64,000 nucleotides of DNA from Candidatus Thermochlorobacter sp. (GCA_046291735.1 JBKBSK010000001.1:128054-192053), one strand, 5' to 3'; shown: positions 49,301-59,474, counted from the first letter of the stretch. The notes: generated by a model not told the origin, from the letters alone. A program made the numbers and translations.

Positions 49301-50215
49301 GCGCATTTGTGCTGAACCTAAGGCGCAGTTCAAGCCAACGCTAAGCAAATTTGGCGCATGTGAAATTGAAATCCAGAAGGCTTCGGTGGTTTGTCCTGAC
49401 AGCGTTCTGCCGCTTTGGTCGACAATCGTGCCTGAAATCATGACAGGAACACGCCGTCCAACCGTGTCGAAGTACTTGCGAATCGCTGAGAGTGCTGCTT
49501 TGGTATTGAGTGTATCGGTAATGGTCTCGATCAGCAAGAGATCTACCCCGCCATCAATGAGACCGCAGATTTGCTCGTAGTATGCCTCAAAGAGTTGGTC
49601 GTAGGTGATGGCGCGAAAGCCGGGGTCGTTGACATCAGGCGACATTGACGCCAGTTTCGTCGTCGGTCCAATCGCCCCTGCCACGAAGCGCGGTTTGTTA
49701 GGCGTCTTCTGCATTATCTCTCGCACTGCTTCTTTAGCCAGCTTTGCCGATTTGAAGTTCATCTCATAGACCAGATGCTCCATCACATAATCTGCTTGCG
49801 AGATACGATTTGCGCTGAATGTGTTGGTTTCAATAATATCCGCGCCGGCTTCGAGATATTGCAGGTGAATTTCTTTAATGATTTGCGGTTGTGTGAGCGA
49901 AAGCAGTTCGTTATTGCCTTTGAGTGTGCCTTTGCTGGGCACAGTGCCATGTGCATGAGCAGGATTAGCACAGCTGTGCCCATTGCGCTCAACACCCGTC
50001 CCCGACTGCGCAGGTGCTCTGTGAAGAACTTCATCGAGCTTGTGCTCCATGGCTTCTGCGATAGGGTCGTGCGGCTGGACAGGATTGAAGTCTTTGAACC
50101 GCTCGCCACGATAATCTTCTTCAGTAAGTTTGTAGCGCTGAATCATCGTCCCCATCGCGCCATCGAGCACAAGGATGCGCTCTTTAAGCAGCTCGTAGAT
50201 TGTCGGCTGTGACAT
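46340..50215 (-). CDS. metH: Cobalamin-dependent methionine synthase
   Basis: All five modules are present: Hcy (GGCCGTTP), pterin, the B12 DxHxxG motif (GDVHDIGKN), cap, and the AdoMet activation domain ([12 protein letters not shown]). Confidence 0.95.
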   Translation of the reverse strand: MSQPTIYELLKERILVLDGAMGTMIQRYKLTEEDYRGERFKDFNPVQPHDPIAEAMEHKLDEVLHRAPAQSGTGVERNGHSCANPAHAHGTVPSKGTLKGNNELLSLTQPQIIKEIHLQYLEAGADIIETNTFSANRISQADYVMEHLVYEMNFKSAKLAKEAVREIMQKTPNKPRFVAGAIGPTTKLASMSPDVNDPGFRAITYDQLFEAYYEQICGLIDGGVDLLLIETITDTLNTKAALSAIRKYFDTVGRRVPVMISGTIVDQSGRTLSGQTTEAFWISISHAPNLLSVGLNCALGSAQMRPFIETLARHATCYTSLYPNAGLPNTFGEYDETPEYMAAQFEDFLRNEFVNIIGGCCGTTPEHIKAFAEVAARFKPRKPKARTSYMQLAGLEPLVVTPETRFLNIGERTNVTGSPKFAKLIKEQKYEEALAIARQQVENGAQIIDVNMDEGMLDSEAAMVKFLNLIAAEPDISRVPIMIDSSKWSVIEAGLKCVQGKAIVNSISLKEGEEKFKEQAKKIMEYGAATVVMAFDERGQADTFERKIEICKRAYDILTKEVGFPPQDIIFDPNILTVATGIEEHNNYAVDFIRATKWIKENLPHAKVSGGISNISFSFRGNNPVREAMHSAFLYHAIRAGLDMGIVNAGMIEVYEEIDKELLERVEDVLLNRRPDATERLVEFAEELKKRSEAKTPEVQEEEWRKGTVEERLKYALIKGIDTYIVEDTEEARLKYPTPLAVIEGPLMDGMNVVGDLFGAGKMFLPQVVKSARVMKKSVAHLVPFIEAEKAKNPNAKAAAKVLMATVKGDVHDIGKNIVGVVLACNNFEVIDLGVMVPAEKILETAKKEQVDIIGLSGLITPSLDEMVHVAKEMERLGFKIPLLIGGATTSKIHTAVKIAPNYSGAVVHVLDASRSVPVVQSLVTPEEKDRFVSQVKAEYDELRESYLKKRVTRKYVSLAEARENRTPIIWRAEDIYKPKKLGITTLEQVSLSELCEYIDWTPFFQTWQLAGRYPNILHDEVVGEEAQKLFRDANQLLERIVAENLLTAKAVFGLFPANAIGDDIEVYADESRATVLTVFHTLRQQNEKGAERANRALADYIAPKSTGLIDYIGGFAVTAGHGLETLVKMFEDVKDDYNSIMAKALADRLAEAFAEMLHKKIRTEYWGYAPNEQTTNDDLIEEKYQGIRPAPGYPACPDHTEKRLLFDLLEVEKRVGIFLTENFAMYPAASVSGLYFAHPEAVYFGVGKIGKDQVEDYAKRKGMSIEEVERWLAQNLNYDPSTVDAEVSAA

Positions 50216-50266
50216 ATCATTAGGTTAAAATTGGACTGCGAAACTGGTGTTTCGGCAAGCGAGGGC

Positions 50267-50301
50267 AAAAAACAGAAAAGCCTCTCCGAAGTGGAAAGGC
50301 T
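50267..50301 (-). terminator. Intrinsic terminator inside the metH leader (attenuator)
   Basis: Minus strand reads AGCCTTTCC-actt-CGGAGAGGCT followed by TTTCTGTTTTTT, about 50 nt upstream of the metH ATG. Confidence 0.6.
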
Positions 50302-50320
50302 GCCGTGTAATTATGATGCT

Positions 50321-50407
50321 GGACACGACCTCCATTTCGGAGCAACTTTCGGGCGCTCGCCGCCGAAAGCCTTTAACGCCGTGTCCATACCTAATGGCGC
50401 GTTAAAG
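50321..50407 (-). promoter_or_regulatory. Structured 5' leader RNA of metH (copy 2 of the metK-leader motif)
   Basis: Helix CTTTAACGC/GCGTTAAAG encloses the loop gCCATTAggTATGGACACG. There is an inner hairpin CTTTCGG/CCGAAAG. A downstream CGTGTCC is complementary to the loop. A TATATT -10 box lies at 50422..50417. Confidence 0.5.
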
Positions 50408-50576
50408 CTAGTGTGCAATATACAGCAGATTTTTGAAAGTGAAAAGTTTCTTCATGCACAACAGGAAGCTCACTCCAACAACCATCTTTTGCTTTAATGC
50501 GTAAGATATTTTACATAACTATAAGCGTACATCTATCGTACGCGGCGACTTTCTCAAGCCAACCTTTGTAAAAGCT

Positions 50577-53297
50577 ATGGTAGTAGAAAAAGACCTTGAG
50601 CGCTCTTTGGCTTGGTTTGCTCTGGATGCTGAACAAGCGTTGGAGCAAGCCAGTGTGTCGCTGTCGCAGGGATTGAGTTCGGAAGAAGTGCGACAACGGC
50701 AAGCAAAATACGGACTGAACATCATTCCTAAGAAAAAGCAAAAAACGCCTTTAGAACTTTTCCTGCAGCAATTTACACAGCCGCTCGTTGTGATTTTGCT
50801 TGTTGCAACCGTTATCACGATGCTCTTACAGGAGTGGGTTGATGCGGCAGTCATCTTTGGCGTTGTGTTTGTTAATGCAATTATCGGCTTTATTCAAGAG
50901 TCAAAGGCGCTCAAAGCTATTGAAGCACTAGCCAAAGCCGTTGCTAGCGAAGCCACTGTGATACGCAATGGTGAAAAGCAGCGCATACCATCGTCAGAGC
51001 TCACGATTGGTGATGTGGTCTTATTACAATCGGGTGATAAAGTGCCTGCCGACTTGCGTCTGGTGCAAACACGTGAACTTCAAATCGATGAATCAGCGCT
51101 CACTGGTGAATCTGTTCCTGTCATCAAACAAATTGCGGCACTCGACTCTGATACTGTGCTAGCAGACCGCACAAACATGGCGTATTCTTCCACGCTTGTT
51201 ACCTATGGCACCGGTACAGGCATTGTTGTTGCAATTGGCAGCAACACTGAAATCGGCAAAATCAATCAGATGATTGCTGAAGCTGATGTATTGGAGACGC
51301 CGCTTACGCAATCTATCGCAAAGTTTAGTAAAGTACTGCTCTATGTGATTTTGGGCTTAGCTGCACTTACCTTTGCGGTTGGGCTACTGCGTGGTGAAAA
51401 GTGGGTTGAGATGTTTATGGCTGCTGTTGCTCTGGCAGTTGGCGCCATTCCCGAAGGCTTGCCTGCTGCGGTTACGATTACCTTAGCAATTGGTGTTGCT
51501 AGAATGGCAAAGCGCAATGCCATCATCCGTAAGTTACCTGCTGTCGAGACACTTGGCAGTGCTTCGGTTATCTGCTCCGACAAAACCGGCACACTGACAC
51601 AAAATCAAATGACCGTGCAGAAAGTCTATGCAGGCGGCATGCTCTACGACGTTACAGGTGTGGGCTACGACCCCAAGGGCGAATTTTTGCAAGGCGAACG
51701 CACTGTTTCGCTTTCATCTAACCTTGCCCTGCAAGAGACCCTGACCTGCGGACTGCTCTGCAACGATTCAAATATCATCACTCTCGACGGGCAAAACAAA
51801 GTAGAAGGCGACCCAACAGAAGGCGCTCTGGTGGTTTCTGCACAGAAAGCCGGTCTTTCACGCAAAACCTTGCTTCAAAGTCTCCCGCGCATCGACACCA
51901 TTCCCTTTGAATCAGCTCATCAATACATGGCTACATTGCACCGGTGCGCAGATAAAGAAAAGTCTATCGCTTATGTCAAAGGTTCAGTAGAACGGCTGTT
52001 AGAGCGTGCCTCTGCCATGCTCTCAGAGCGAGGCGAAATTATTTCGTTAGACAAACACCAAGTGCTCTTGCAGTCCAATGCAATTGCCTCAGAAGGGCTG
52101 CGAGTGCTTGCTTTCGCCTACAAAATTTTTGATGGCTCAAAAACTTCACTTTCGCATGATGACATTTCAGACGACCTTGTTTTCTTAGGGCTACAAGCGA
52201 TGATTGACCCGCCGCGTCCTGAAGCCATTGATGCTGTCGCAACTTGCCAAAGCGCTGGGATTCAAGTCAAGATGATTACGGGCGATCATGAACTTACTGC
52301 ACTTGCTATTGCCAAACGCTTAGGCATTGTACAACAGGATGCCACAGGCGATGCTGTCGTCAATGGCAAATCGCTTGTGACTTTGCCCGAAGAGCGCCTG
52401 CCTGAAGTTGTCAAACGTGTCTCAGTCTTTGCGCGGGTTGCCCCAGAAGACAAACTGCGTCTGGTTAAGGCATTGCAGCAAAATGGCGCTGTTGTTGCTA
52501 TGACAGGCGATGGGGTCAATGATGCGCCCTCGCTTCGGCAAGCCAATATCGGCATTGCCATGGGCATCACCGGTACAGATGTTGCCAAAGAAACAGCCGA
52601 TATGATTCTCACAGACGACAATTTTGCCACGATTGAAGCGGCTGTTGAAGAAGGGCGCAATGTTTATGATAATCTTGTAAAATTTATTACTTGGACGCTG
52701 CCCACAAACTTCGGTGAAGGATTGGTGATTCTAGCATCGGTTGTTGCAGGCTTAACACTTCCGATTTTGCCTGTGCAATTGCTTTGGATTAATATGACGA
52801 CTGCCATCTTGCTCGGCTTGATGCTTGCGTTTGAGCCAAAAGAGCCGGGCATTATGAACCGTCCACCCCGTGATGCCAACGAACCGATTTTAACGACTTC
52901 TCTCGTTGTGAGAATCATCATCGTTGGCACACTGCTTTGTGCTGGCGCACTGCTCTTCTTTGAACTTGCCCTGCAGGCAGGACGCACCGACGCCGAAGCA
53001 CGCACGATTGCGGTCAATATCTTCGTGCTGGGCGAGCTGCTCTATCTTTTCAACTGCCGCTCCTTGCGCTACTCTATGTTCAAAATCGGTCTCTTTTCCA
53101 ATCCGTTAATTTGGGTCGGAGTCGCCGGTATGCTGCTGCTGCAACTGCTTTATACCTATGTGCCTTTTATGAATAGCGCTTTTCAAAGCGCGCCACTGAC
53201 ACTCGAAGATTGGGCTATCTCACTTGTGCCCGGATTTGTGATTTATGTCGTGATTGGCTTTTTGAAATACTGGCGCTATGGCAGACATGCAAAATGA
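50577..53297 (+). CDS. Cation-translocating P-type ATPase (type II, Ca2+/Mg2+-like)
   Basis: CSDKTGTLT phosphorylation motif, TGES, GDGVNDAPSL, and 10 TM helices. Confidence 0.9.
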   Translation: MVVEKDLERSLAWFALDAEQALEQASVSLSQGLSSEEVRQRQAKYGLNIIPKKKQKTPLELFLQQFTQPLVVILLVATVITMLLQEWVDAAVIFGVVFVNAIIGFIQESKALKAIEALAKAVASEATVIRNGEKQRIPSSELTIGDVVLLQSGDKVPADLRLVQTRELQIDESALTGESVPVIKQIAALDSDTVLADRTNMAYSSTLVTYGTGTGIVVAIGSNTEIGKINQMIAEADVLETPLTQSIAKFSKVLLYVILGLAALTFAVGLLRGEKWVEMFMAAVALAVGAIPEGLPAAVTITLAIGVARMAKRNAIIRKLPAVETLGSASVICSDKTGTLTQNQMTVQKVYAGGMLYDVTGVGYDPKGEFLQGERTVSLSSNLALQETLTCGLLCNDSNIITLDGQNKVEGDPTEGALVVSAQKAGLSRKTLLQSLPRIDTIPFESAHQYMATLHRCADKEKSIAYVKGSVERLLERASAMLSERGEIISLDKHQVLLQSNAIASEGLRVLAFAYKIFDGSKTSLSHDDISDDLVFLGLQAMIDPPRPEAIDAVATCQSAGIQVKMITGDHELTALAIAKRLGIVQQDATGDAVVNGKSLVTLPEERLPEVVKRVSVFARVAPEDKLRLVKALQQNGAVVAMTGDGVNDAPSLRQANIGIAMGITGTDVAKETADMILTDDNFATIEAAVEEGRNVYDNLVKFITWTLPTNFGEGLVILASVVAGLTLPILPVQLLWINMTTAILLGLMLAFEPKEPGIMNRPPRDANEPILTTSLVVRIIIVGTLLCAGALLFFELALQAGRTDAEARTIAVNIFVLGELLYLFNCRSLRYSMFKIGLFSNPLIWVGVAGMLLLQLLYTYVPFMNSAFQSAPLTLEDWAISLVPGFVIYVVIGFLKYWRYGRHAK

Positions 53298-53338
53298 GTT
53301 TTGCAAACATGTCGTTTGCGCTACACATGAGGTAGTGT

Positions 53339-54292
53339 TTAAGCTCTATCATGGAGCAGCACTTTCAAGACAGCCATTCTCACAGCGACACCATTTGTTA
53401 CTTGTCTCAGAATTAGGCTTTCAGACTTTCCCGAGGTATCATCACGATCGGTTACGACACTGGAGAGTTCAATTTCACGGTTGACAGGTCCGGGGTGTAA
53501 GACAAAAATCTTGTGTGATACTTTTGAGAGGGCTTCATCAGTGAGCGCAAAGAAGGTGTTGTATTCGCGCAAGGTTGGAATAAAGCCTGCGGCTTCACGC
53601 TCGAGTTGTAAGCGCAGCACAATCGCTGCATCGCATTGCTCTAGTGCTTGAGCGATATTAGCAAAGACTTTTACGCCAAAATGCTCGATGCCGACAGGTA
53701 ACAGTGTTGGCGGTGCGCATACCGAGACGCTTGCACCCATCTTTCGCAATCCGAAGATATTGGAGCGTGCAACGCGGCTATGCAGAATATCGCCTAAAAT
53801 TAGGATACGCAGACCAGACAAGCGTCCAAACGTCTCGAGCAGCGTGAACATATCGAGCAAGGCTTGCGTAGGATGTTCATGCATTCCATCGCCTGCATTG
53901 ATTACAGCTTTTTGAGTATGCTTGGCAACAATTTCCGCAGCACCCGATTCACCATGACGAATGATGAATGCATCGACTTGCATTGCCTCAATGTTGGCAA
54001 TAGTATCAAGAAGCGTTTCACCTTTTTGCAGGCTACTGGTGGCTGCAGAAAAATTCAGTGTGCTGCCGCCTAAACGACGCACCGCAAGCTCAAACGATGT
54101 ACGCGTGCGCGTTGAGTTTTCAAAGAAAGCCAAGACCACGGTTTTGCCATTCAGCAGTGAAAACGATTGCGGCGGGGAACTCAAAAGCGCCGGCTTGAGC
54201 ACCGCTGCTTCTTGCAAAATTAGTGCAATATCGCGTTCAGAGGCGCGGTATAGTCCGAGCAGGTGTTGCATCATGCTGTATCGAAATTTCAA
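53339..54292 (-). CDS. pyrB: Aspartate carbamoyltransferase catalytic subunit
   Basis: ENSTRTRTSFE, HPTQALLD and HPGP motifs; 317 aa. Confidence 0.9.
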   Translation of the reverse strand: MKFRYSMMQHLLGLYRASERDIALILQEAAVLKPALLSSPPQSFSLLNGKTVVLAFFENSTRTRTSFELAVRRLGGSTLNFSAATSSLQKGETLLDTIANIEAMQVDAFIIRHGESGAAEIVAKHTQKAVINAGDGMHEHPTQALLDMFTLLETFGRLSGLRILILGDILHSRVARSNIFGLRKMGASVSVCAPPTLLPVGIEHFGVKVFANIAQALEQCDAAIVLRLQLEREAAGFIPTLREYNTFFALTDEALSKVSHKIFVLHPGPVNREIELSSVVTDRDDTSGKSESLILRQVTNGVAVRMAVLKVLLHDRA

Positions 54293-54392
54293 GCAAAGTT
54301 ATTTGAAAAATCTCAATTACCTATTAGTTTCAGCTTTTAAGTGCTGCAGCGCGTATAGCCACCATATAACTTCAAACTTAAACCTGTAAAGC

Positions 54393-55577
54393 ATGAGAAC
54401 ACTGTCTTTTGCTCTTGCTCTTTTAGCACTCTCTGTTAGTACAGCTTTGGCACAAGTGCCAAATTCTGTCAAGTCCATGATTCAGCGCAAGGAATATGAC
54501 CGCGCTATCGCTGAACTTGAACGGTTGAGCAAAGAAAATCCGAACAACATGGAAGCCTTCTATGTGCTCGGCAACGTTTATTACGAAAAGGCACAAAATG
54601 ATAAGCGCCCTGAGGACTACCGCCGTGCTACTGAAAATTACCGCAAGGTACTGACCATGAAATCCAACGAGAAGCAGGCTGCCATCTTCCAACTGCAATC
54701 AGAGAACACGATTCGCACCATGTGGGCAATTGTGTTCAATGATGGCGTCAATGCTTTCAATGAATCGGTTCAAGATAAAGATGCCAACACACGCAAAATG
54801 CGCATGGACACAGCTATTGCTAAGTTTCAGCTTGCCATTGAAATTGCTCCCGATAGCATGCAGGTTTATCTGCCACTGGCACGCGGCTACATTGTTGAGG
54901 GTCAATATGCTAATGCTGAACCAGTTTTGCGCAGCTACCTTGCTAAGTACCCCGATGAAGTTGATGCTTATACCCTTCTGGATTATGCCTTGGAAAAGCA
55001 GGAAAAATTTTCTGAAGCTATTGAGGTATTGGAAACTTTGGTCCAGCGCGGCAAAGCAACACCTGACACTTACAACCGCCTGATGGTAGCTTACATCAAA
55101 GGCAATCGCATCAACGACGCAGAGAGAATTCTGGAAAAGGTCTTAGAAAATCCGACTCCCGACACAAAGAAAACCGCTGTACCGCTCTTGCGCTACCTTG
55201 CGCAGGTGCTTGCCGATAGTGGCAAATACGAAGCTGCAATGCGTCAGACAGAACGCGCTTTGCAGTTAGACCCGACCGTCTCTGACGCAGCTTACAACTA
55301 TGCCGTCTACAGCATTCAGTATGTAGATAAACTTCGCAAAGCTTACGAGGATAGTATCAGAGCGACAAGCAAAAAGGGGAAGAAAGCCAAAATTCCTGAA
55401 TATACAGGCGGCACATCTTACTATGAACAAGCTGTTGCAATCCTGCGTCCTGCTGCTGAGCGCGAAAATACCAAGCAGTACTGGCGCTTGATGGCGAAAC
55501 TCTATGCGCTGCTCGGCAAAAATGCCGAATCCAGAGATGCACTTAACCGCGTCAATTCCGCTAAAGAAGATAGTTAA
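54393..55577 (+). CDS. Secreted TPR-repeat protein
   Basis: Signal peptide ..STALAQ and multiple TPR-like helical repeats. Confidence 0.7.
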   Translation: MRTLSFALALLALSVSTALAQVPNSVKSMIQRKEYDRAIAELERLSKENPNNMEAFYVLGNVYYEKAQNDKRPEDYRRATENYRKVLTMKSNEKQAAIFQLQSENTIRTMWAIVFNDGVNAFNESVQDKDANTRKMRMDTAIAKFQLAIEIAPDSMQVYLPLARGYIVEGQYANAEPVLRSYLAKYPDEVDAYTLLDYALEKQEKFSEAIEVLETLVQRGKATPDTYNRLMVAYIKGNRINDAERILEKVLENPTPDTKKTAVPLLRYLAQVLADSGKYEAAMRQTERALQLDPTVSDAAYNYAVYSIQYVDKLRKAYEDSIRATSKKGKKAKIPEYTGGTSYYEQAVAILRPAAERENTKQYWRLMAKLYALLGKNAESRDALNRVNSAKEDS

Positions 55578-55590
55578 TTCTCTCTCTTGC

Positions 55591-55626
55591 AAAGCCCTGC
55601 GCAAAGGTCAGGGCTTTCTTTTTTTC
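55591..55626 (+). terminator. Rho-independent terminator
   Basis: AAAGCCCTG-9 nt-CAGGGCTTT followed by a T-rich run. Confidence 0.7.
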
Positions 55627-55634
55627 TAACCACT

Positions 55635-57704
55635 ATGATTTGTGCCACTCGTTTTTTCTTTCTCTTTTTCTTTCTTGTTTTTTCTGCACCGCTTGCTACT
55701 GTCTTTGCACAGCCCTTTTGGCAGAACTCTGAGATGCGCGCCATTAAAGCTGCTGCCGACCGGCGCGATGTTGCTACCCTTTTGTCGTATTTTGATAAAT
55801 CTGATGCGCTGGATGCCTTCGCACTTTATGCACTCATTAGCGTGCAATCCGATAGCGCCTTGCCTGTGATTATGCGCAAACTCTCTTCGCCCTCCTCTCG
55901 CGTGCGCGAATATGCTGCACTTGCACTTGGTCAGACCTTGCGACTCTCTTCTCATTCTGCTCCTTATGCCGATTCTGTACTTACCTTCATTTCTCGTGAG
56001 CGCAATCGTGCTGTGCGTTATGAACTCATCATTGCGCTAGGTCATTTTGGCAGCCTTGATGCGATGGAGAAACTCGTGGACTTGAACTTGAACGATCGCG
56101 TCTTGAAAGATGCTGTTGCTGAAGCCCTTGCACGTGCCGCTATTCGCCGAGTACGTTCTGCAAAACTCACTGCTGCTGTCGCCAAACTTTACAATGAGAC
56201 CAAGCGCGCACCGATGTTTAACTTTTCTATCTATGCCTTAGCGCGCATTGCTGATGCAAACTTGCTCACGCCACATCAATCCACCATTCTTGAAGCCTGT
56301 CGTGCCCCCAATCCAGAAACGCGTGCTTATGCTGTGGTTGCTGCATCATTTTTGCCCACTTCAGAAGCGCTTACGGCACTCCTTAACGCTACGCAAGATC
56401 GAGATTGGCGCGTTGCCACAAATGCAATTCGTGCCTTAAGTCGTTTTTTCCCAGATGACACTCGCCAGATTTATGATGCTGCACTTGCACTGCTGCGCTC
56501 GCCAAATTATCACCTAAAAAAAGAAACGCTCCAGATGCTGGCACGACGCAACATGCTGCGCGACGCCGCCGAGCAGCGCGAAACACTCATCGCCGCTATT
56601 GAGTCTTTGCTTGATTCACCTTCACCTGACCTCTGCGCTGAAGCCTTGCGCACGCTGGCACAGATTGCCCCTGAAAAAGCAGCTATGCACCTTGACACAA
56701 TGACATCAAAACCTGCACTAACACCCGCTGCACTGGATGCAATTGGTATTTTAGCGACAATCGAGCAGCGTCCGCGCCTCAATTTTTTGAGTACCTTGCA
56801 AACCTGCGCTGTTGATTTGCAACCGCTTCGTGCTACAGCTGCCATTCGCGCCTTGGGCACGATTTGGAAAAACTTTCACTCCGATACGGCATTGAGTCAC
56901 TCCATTGAATCGACTCTCATCTCTGCGCTGGCGCATCATGCTCAATCAAAACCACAGAACACTTCTGCCATTCAAATGCTGGCTGCAATTTTTTCAGATT
57001 CGCTTCTTGCTTCTCCAAAATTTTTTGAGCCACTGCGCGCCGCCCTAACACAACTTTCTTCCAACAGCGACGCAGAAACTGTGATGACGCTTCTGGAAAG
57101 CCTCGCTAAACTGCAAGGCTCGGCTGCTGCTTCGACCATAGAGCACTACCTTACAGATAGCCAACTTTCCGTGCGTAAAAAAGCCGCAGAGCTGTACGCA
57201 CGCCTCACAGGTCAGCACACCTCGATTGTCTCCACGCTATCCGATATCTCACCTGACTGGGCATTCTTTCAGCGATTCTCTAAAAACCCAATAGCCACAA
57301 TCCAAACCAGTAAAGGACGCATCACAGTTGAGCTTTTTATTGAAGAAGCCCCTTTTACCGTTCAAAATTTTGTCAAACTCGCCGAGCAGCACTTTTTTGA
57401 TGGTCTCACCTTTCACCGTGTTGTCTCCAACTTTGTCATTCAAGGTGGCGACCCAAAGGGTGATGGCTCAGGCGGTCCACCCTACTCAATCCGCTCTGAA
57501 TTTACCCGTCGCCGTTTTGAGCGTGGCATTATTGGTATGGCATCTGCCGGCAAGGACACGGAAGGCTCACAGTTTTTTATCATGCATTCGCACCACCCAC
57601 ATCTAGATGGTCGCTACACGGCTTTTGGTCTTGTCAAGAACGGGTTTGAGACGCTCGACAAAATTGAGATTGGCGACAAAATTCTTTCTGTGAGCCTTCA
57701 GTAG
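55635..57704 (+). CDS. Secreted HEAT-repeat protein fused to a cyclophilin-type peptidyl-prolyl isomerase
   Basis: Signal peptide from MICATRFFF, about 500 aa of HEAT/ARM-like repeats, and the C-terminal cyclophilin core FHRVVSNFVIQGGDP..GSQFFI. Confidence 0.8.
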   Translation: MICATRFFFLFFFLVFSAPLATVFAQPFWQNSEMRAIKAAADRRDVATLLSYFDKSDALDAFALYALISVQSDSALPVIMRKLSSPSSRVREYAALALGQTLRLSSHSAPYADSVLTFISRERNRAVRYELIIALGHFGSLDAMEKLVDLNLNDRVLKDAVAEALARAAIRRVRSAKLTAAVAKLYNETKRAPMFNFSIYALARIADANLLTPHQSTILEACRAPNPETRAYAVVAASFLPTSEALTALLNATQDRDWRVATNAIRALSRFFPDDTRQIYDAALALLRSPNYHLKKETLQMLARRNMLRDAAEQRETLIAAIESLLDSPSPDLCAEALRTLAQIAPEKAAMHLDTMTSKPALTPAALDAIGILATIEQRPRLNFLSTLQTCAVDLQPLRATAAIRALGTIWKNFHSDTALSHSIESTLISALAHHAQSKPQNTSAIQMLAAIFSDSLLASPKFFEPLRAALTQLSSNSDAETVMTLLESLAKLQGSAAASTIEHYLTDSQLSVRKKAAELYARLTGQHTSIVSTLSDISPDWAFFQRFSKNPIATIQTSKGRITVELFIEEAPFTVQNFVKLAEQHFFDGLTFHRVVSNFVIQGGDPKGDGSGGPPYSIRSEFTRRRFERGIIGMASAGKDTEGSQFFIMHSHHPHLDGRYTAFGLVKNGFETLDKIEIGDKILSVSLQ

Positions 57705-57735
57705 GCCGGTCGATATTGACTTTCTTGGCAAAAGT

Positions 57736-58572
57736 TCAGTGAGCAGGTTGAGAGGCACCTTGACGCAAATTTTGCCAGAATGCCGCAGCACGTGCAGCGG
57801 TCTCTTCAGGCGTTCTAGCGTCTGCAAGGTAACGCAGCAGCGCCGAGCCTACCACGACACCATCGGCTATCTCAAAAATTTTTGCAGCTTGCGCTGCCGT
57901 CTCAATCCCAAAGCCTACAACAAACGGCTTCTTTGCATTGCGCCGAACACGTGTGAGATAGTCTTCGAGTTGCGCACTTTGTTGCTCACGGAGTTTCTTT
58001 GTGCCCGTGGTTGCATTCACCGAGAGCGCATAGAGAAAGTGCGTCGCTAAATTATCAATCTTTTGAATTCGCGCTTCTGGTGTTGTGGGTGAAATCAGAA
58101 ACACAAGCGCCAGATTGCGCTCTAAGCAGCCTTGTCGAAAGTCCTCAGCTTCTTCAGGCGGCAAATCCGGTATGATAAAGCCATCTACGCCGGCGGCTTT
58201 AGCATCATCTAAAAAACGTGTCTGACCGTACTGCAAAATCGGGTTAATGTAGCCCATCATGATGAGCGGCACGGTAAGTGGCAACTGCGCCGCACGTGCT
58301 GCACAAACCAAGTGAAAAATTTTTGTCAGTGTTGCGCCATTTTGAATAGCTCGCTGTGCCGCCTTTTGAATCATGCGTCCATCTGCCAGTGGATCGCTAT
58401 GTGGAAAGCCAAGTTCAATGAGGTCTGCACCGCATTGCTGCAAAGCTAGCAGCGTTGGCACGGTCGTATCCGGCACAGGAAATTCAGGCATTAGATATGG
58501 TATCCAGAGCTTTGAGTGTGTCGCAAGCAGTGCATCAAGGCGAGTCTGCATCGTTTGTTCTAAGGCTGTCAT
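57736..58572 (-). CDS. trpA: Tryptophan synthase alpha chain
   Basis: IELGFPHSDPLADG and GFGI motifs. The start was chosen at MTALEQ (58572) so it does not overlap the upstream gene; the ORF-track start is 58602. Confidence 0.85.
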   Translation of the reverse strand: MTALEQTMQTRLDALLATHSKLWIPYLMPEFPVPDTTVPTLLALQQCGADLIELGFPHSDPLADGRMIQKAAQRAIQNGATLTKIFHLVCAARAAQLPLTVPLIMMGYINPILQYGQTRFLDDAKAAGVDGFIIPDLPPEEAEDFRQGCLERNLALVFLISPTTPEARIQKIDNLATHFLYALSVNATTGTKKLREQQSAQLEDYLTRVRRNAKKPFVVGFGIETAAQAAKIFEIADGVVVGSALLRYLADARTPEETAARAAAFWQNLRQGASQPAH

Positions 58573-58579
58573 GCGTGTT

Positions 58580-59446
58580 TTACTCCAATTGTCCCAGTGC
58601 AATGGCTACAATGCCTGTCAGCATTGCCCATTTGAGCAGCGAGTTGAGTCTATAAAAATTTTCCTTTGTTTGAGTTTGCCATGCCCGCACAATCACATAA
58701 AGCATGATGGCATCGGTCGTGAGCACTACGCTCAGCAGGTACCATTTGCCATAGCACCCCTGAAAATAAGGCACAAGTGAGAGCGCTACGACAGAGAGGT
58801 AGATGATTGAAATCACATAAAGTGTCTTTACCGTACCAATTTTAAGTGGAAGTGTATTTGCACCGCCAGCTTTATCACCTTCGGTATCCTCGAGATCTTT
58901 GAGAATTTCACGTCCTAAATTGAAGAAAAAGCAAAATGTAACTGGGAACCACAGCGCGCTTAAGTCGCCAACTGCTAATGCTGCATAAATTAGTCCTAAG
59001 CTTACGACTGCCGACACCACGATATTGCCTAACAAGGCGATGTGTTTGAGCGCTGCACTATAAGCGTACAGCACAGCGGTTGCACTTACTGCAATCATCA
59101 GATGCGGAAGAGAAATCCAAGCTGCCGTCAAGATACCTAATGCGCTTAGTGCAAGCCAATACCAACGTGCTTCCTGCGCTGTGAGTGCTCCGCTGATGAG
59201 CGGACGTTTTGGTTTGTTGATACGGTCAATTTCTATATCCATCACGTCGTTAATCACATTTGCTGCTGCTCCGACCAAGGTGCCTGAAATTGCAGCGAGC
59301 CATACCTTTGGTTCTTCAAACGCACTGATGCCCGAGGTAACAAACGCGCCAAGCAGAATGGCAAGAAAAAACAGGACAACATTGGAGGGACGCGCAATGG
59401 TACCAAACGCAAGAATTTTACTTGTATGAAATGCTACGGTTGGCAT
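58580..59446 (-). CDS. UbiA-family prenyltransferase
   Basis: NVINDVMDIEIDRINKPKRPLISG motif and about 8 TM helices. Confidence 0.8.
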   Translation of the reverse strand: MPTVAFHTSKILAFGTIARPSNVVLFFLAILLGAFVTSGISAFEEPKVWLAAISGTLVGAAANVINDVMDIEIDRINKPKRPLISGALTAQEARWYWLALSALGILTAAWISLPHLMIAVSATAVLYAYSAALKHIALLGNIVVSAVVSLGLIYAALAVGDLSALWFPVTFCFFFNLGREILKDLEDTEGDKAGGANTLPLKIGTVKTLYVISIIYLSVVALSLVPYFQGCYGKWYLLSVVLTTDAIMLYVIVRAWQTQTKENFYRLNSLLKWAMLTGIVAIALGQLE

Positions 59447-59474
59447 TTGCTCAAATGTTCAATTTAGGACGCTG

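Noticed and set aside
50216-50422. Cobalamin or SAM-I riboswitch upstream of metH.
   Set aside because: There is no B12-box (AGCCAGGAGACCTGCC-like) or GGGAA/GGTG core, and no SAM-I GAGGGA or GGUGCCAA blocks. The leader instead matches the metK leader motif reported in the findings.
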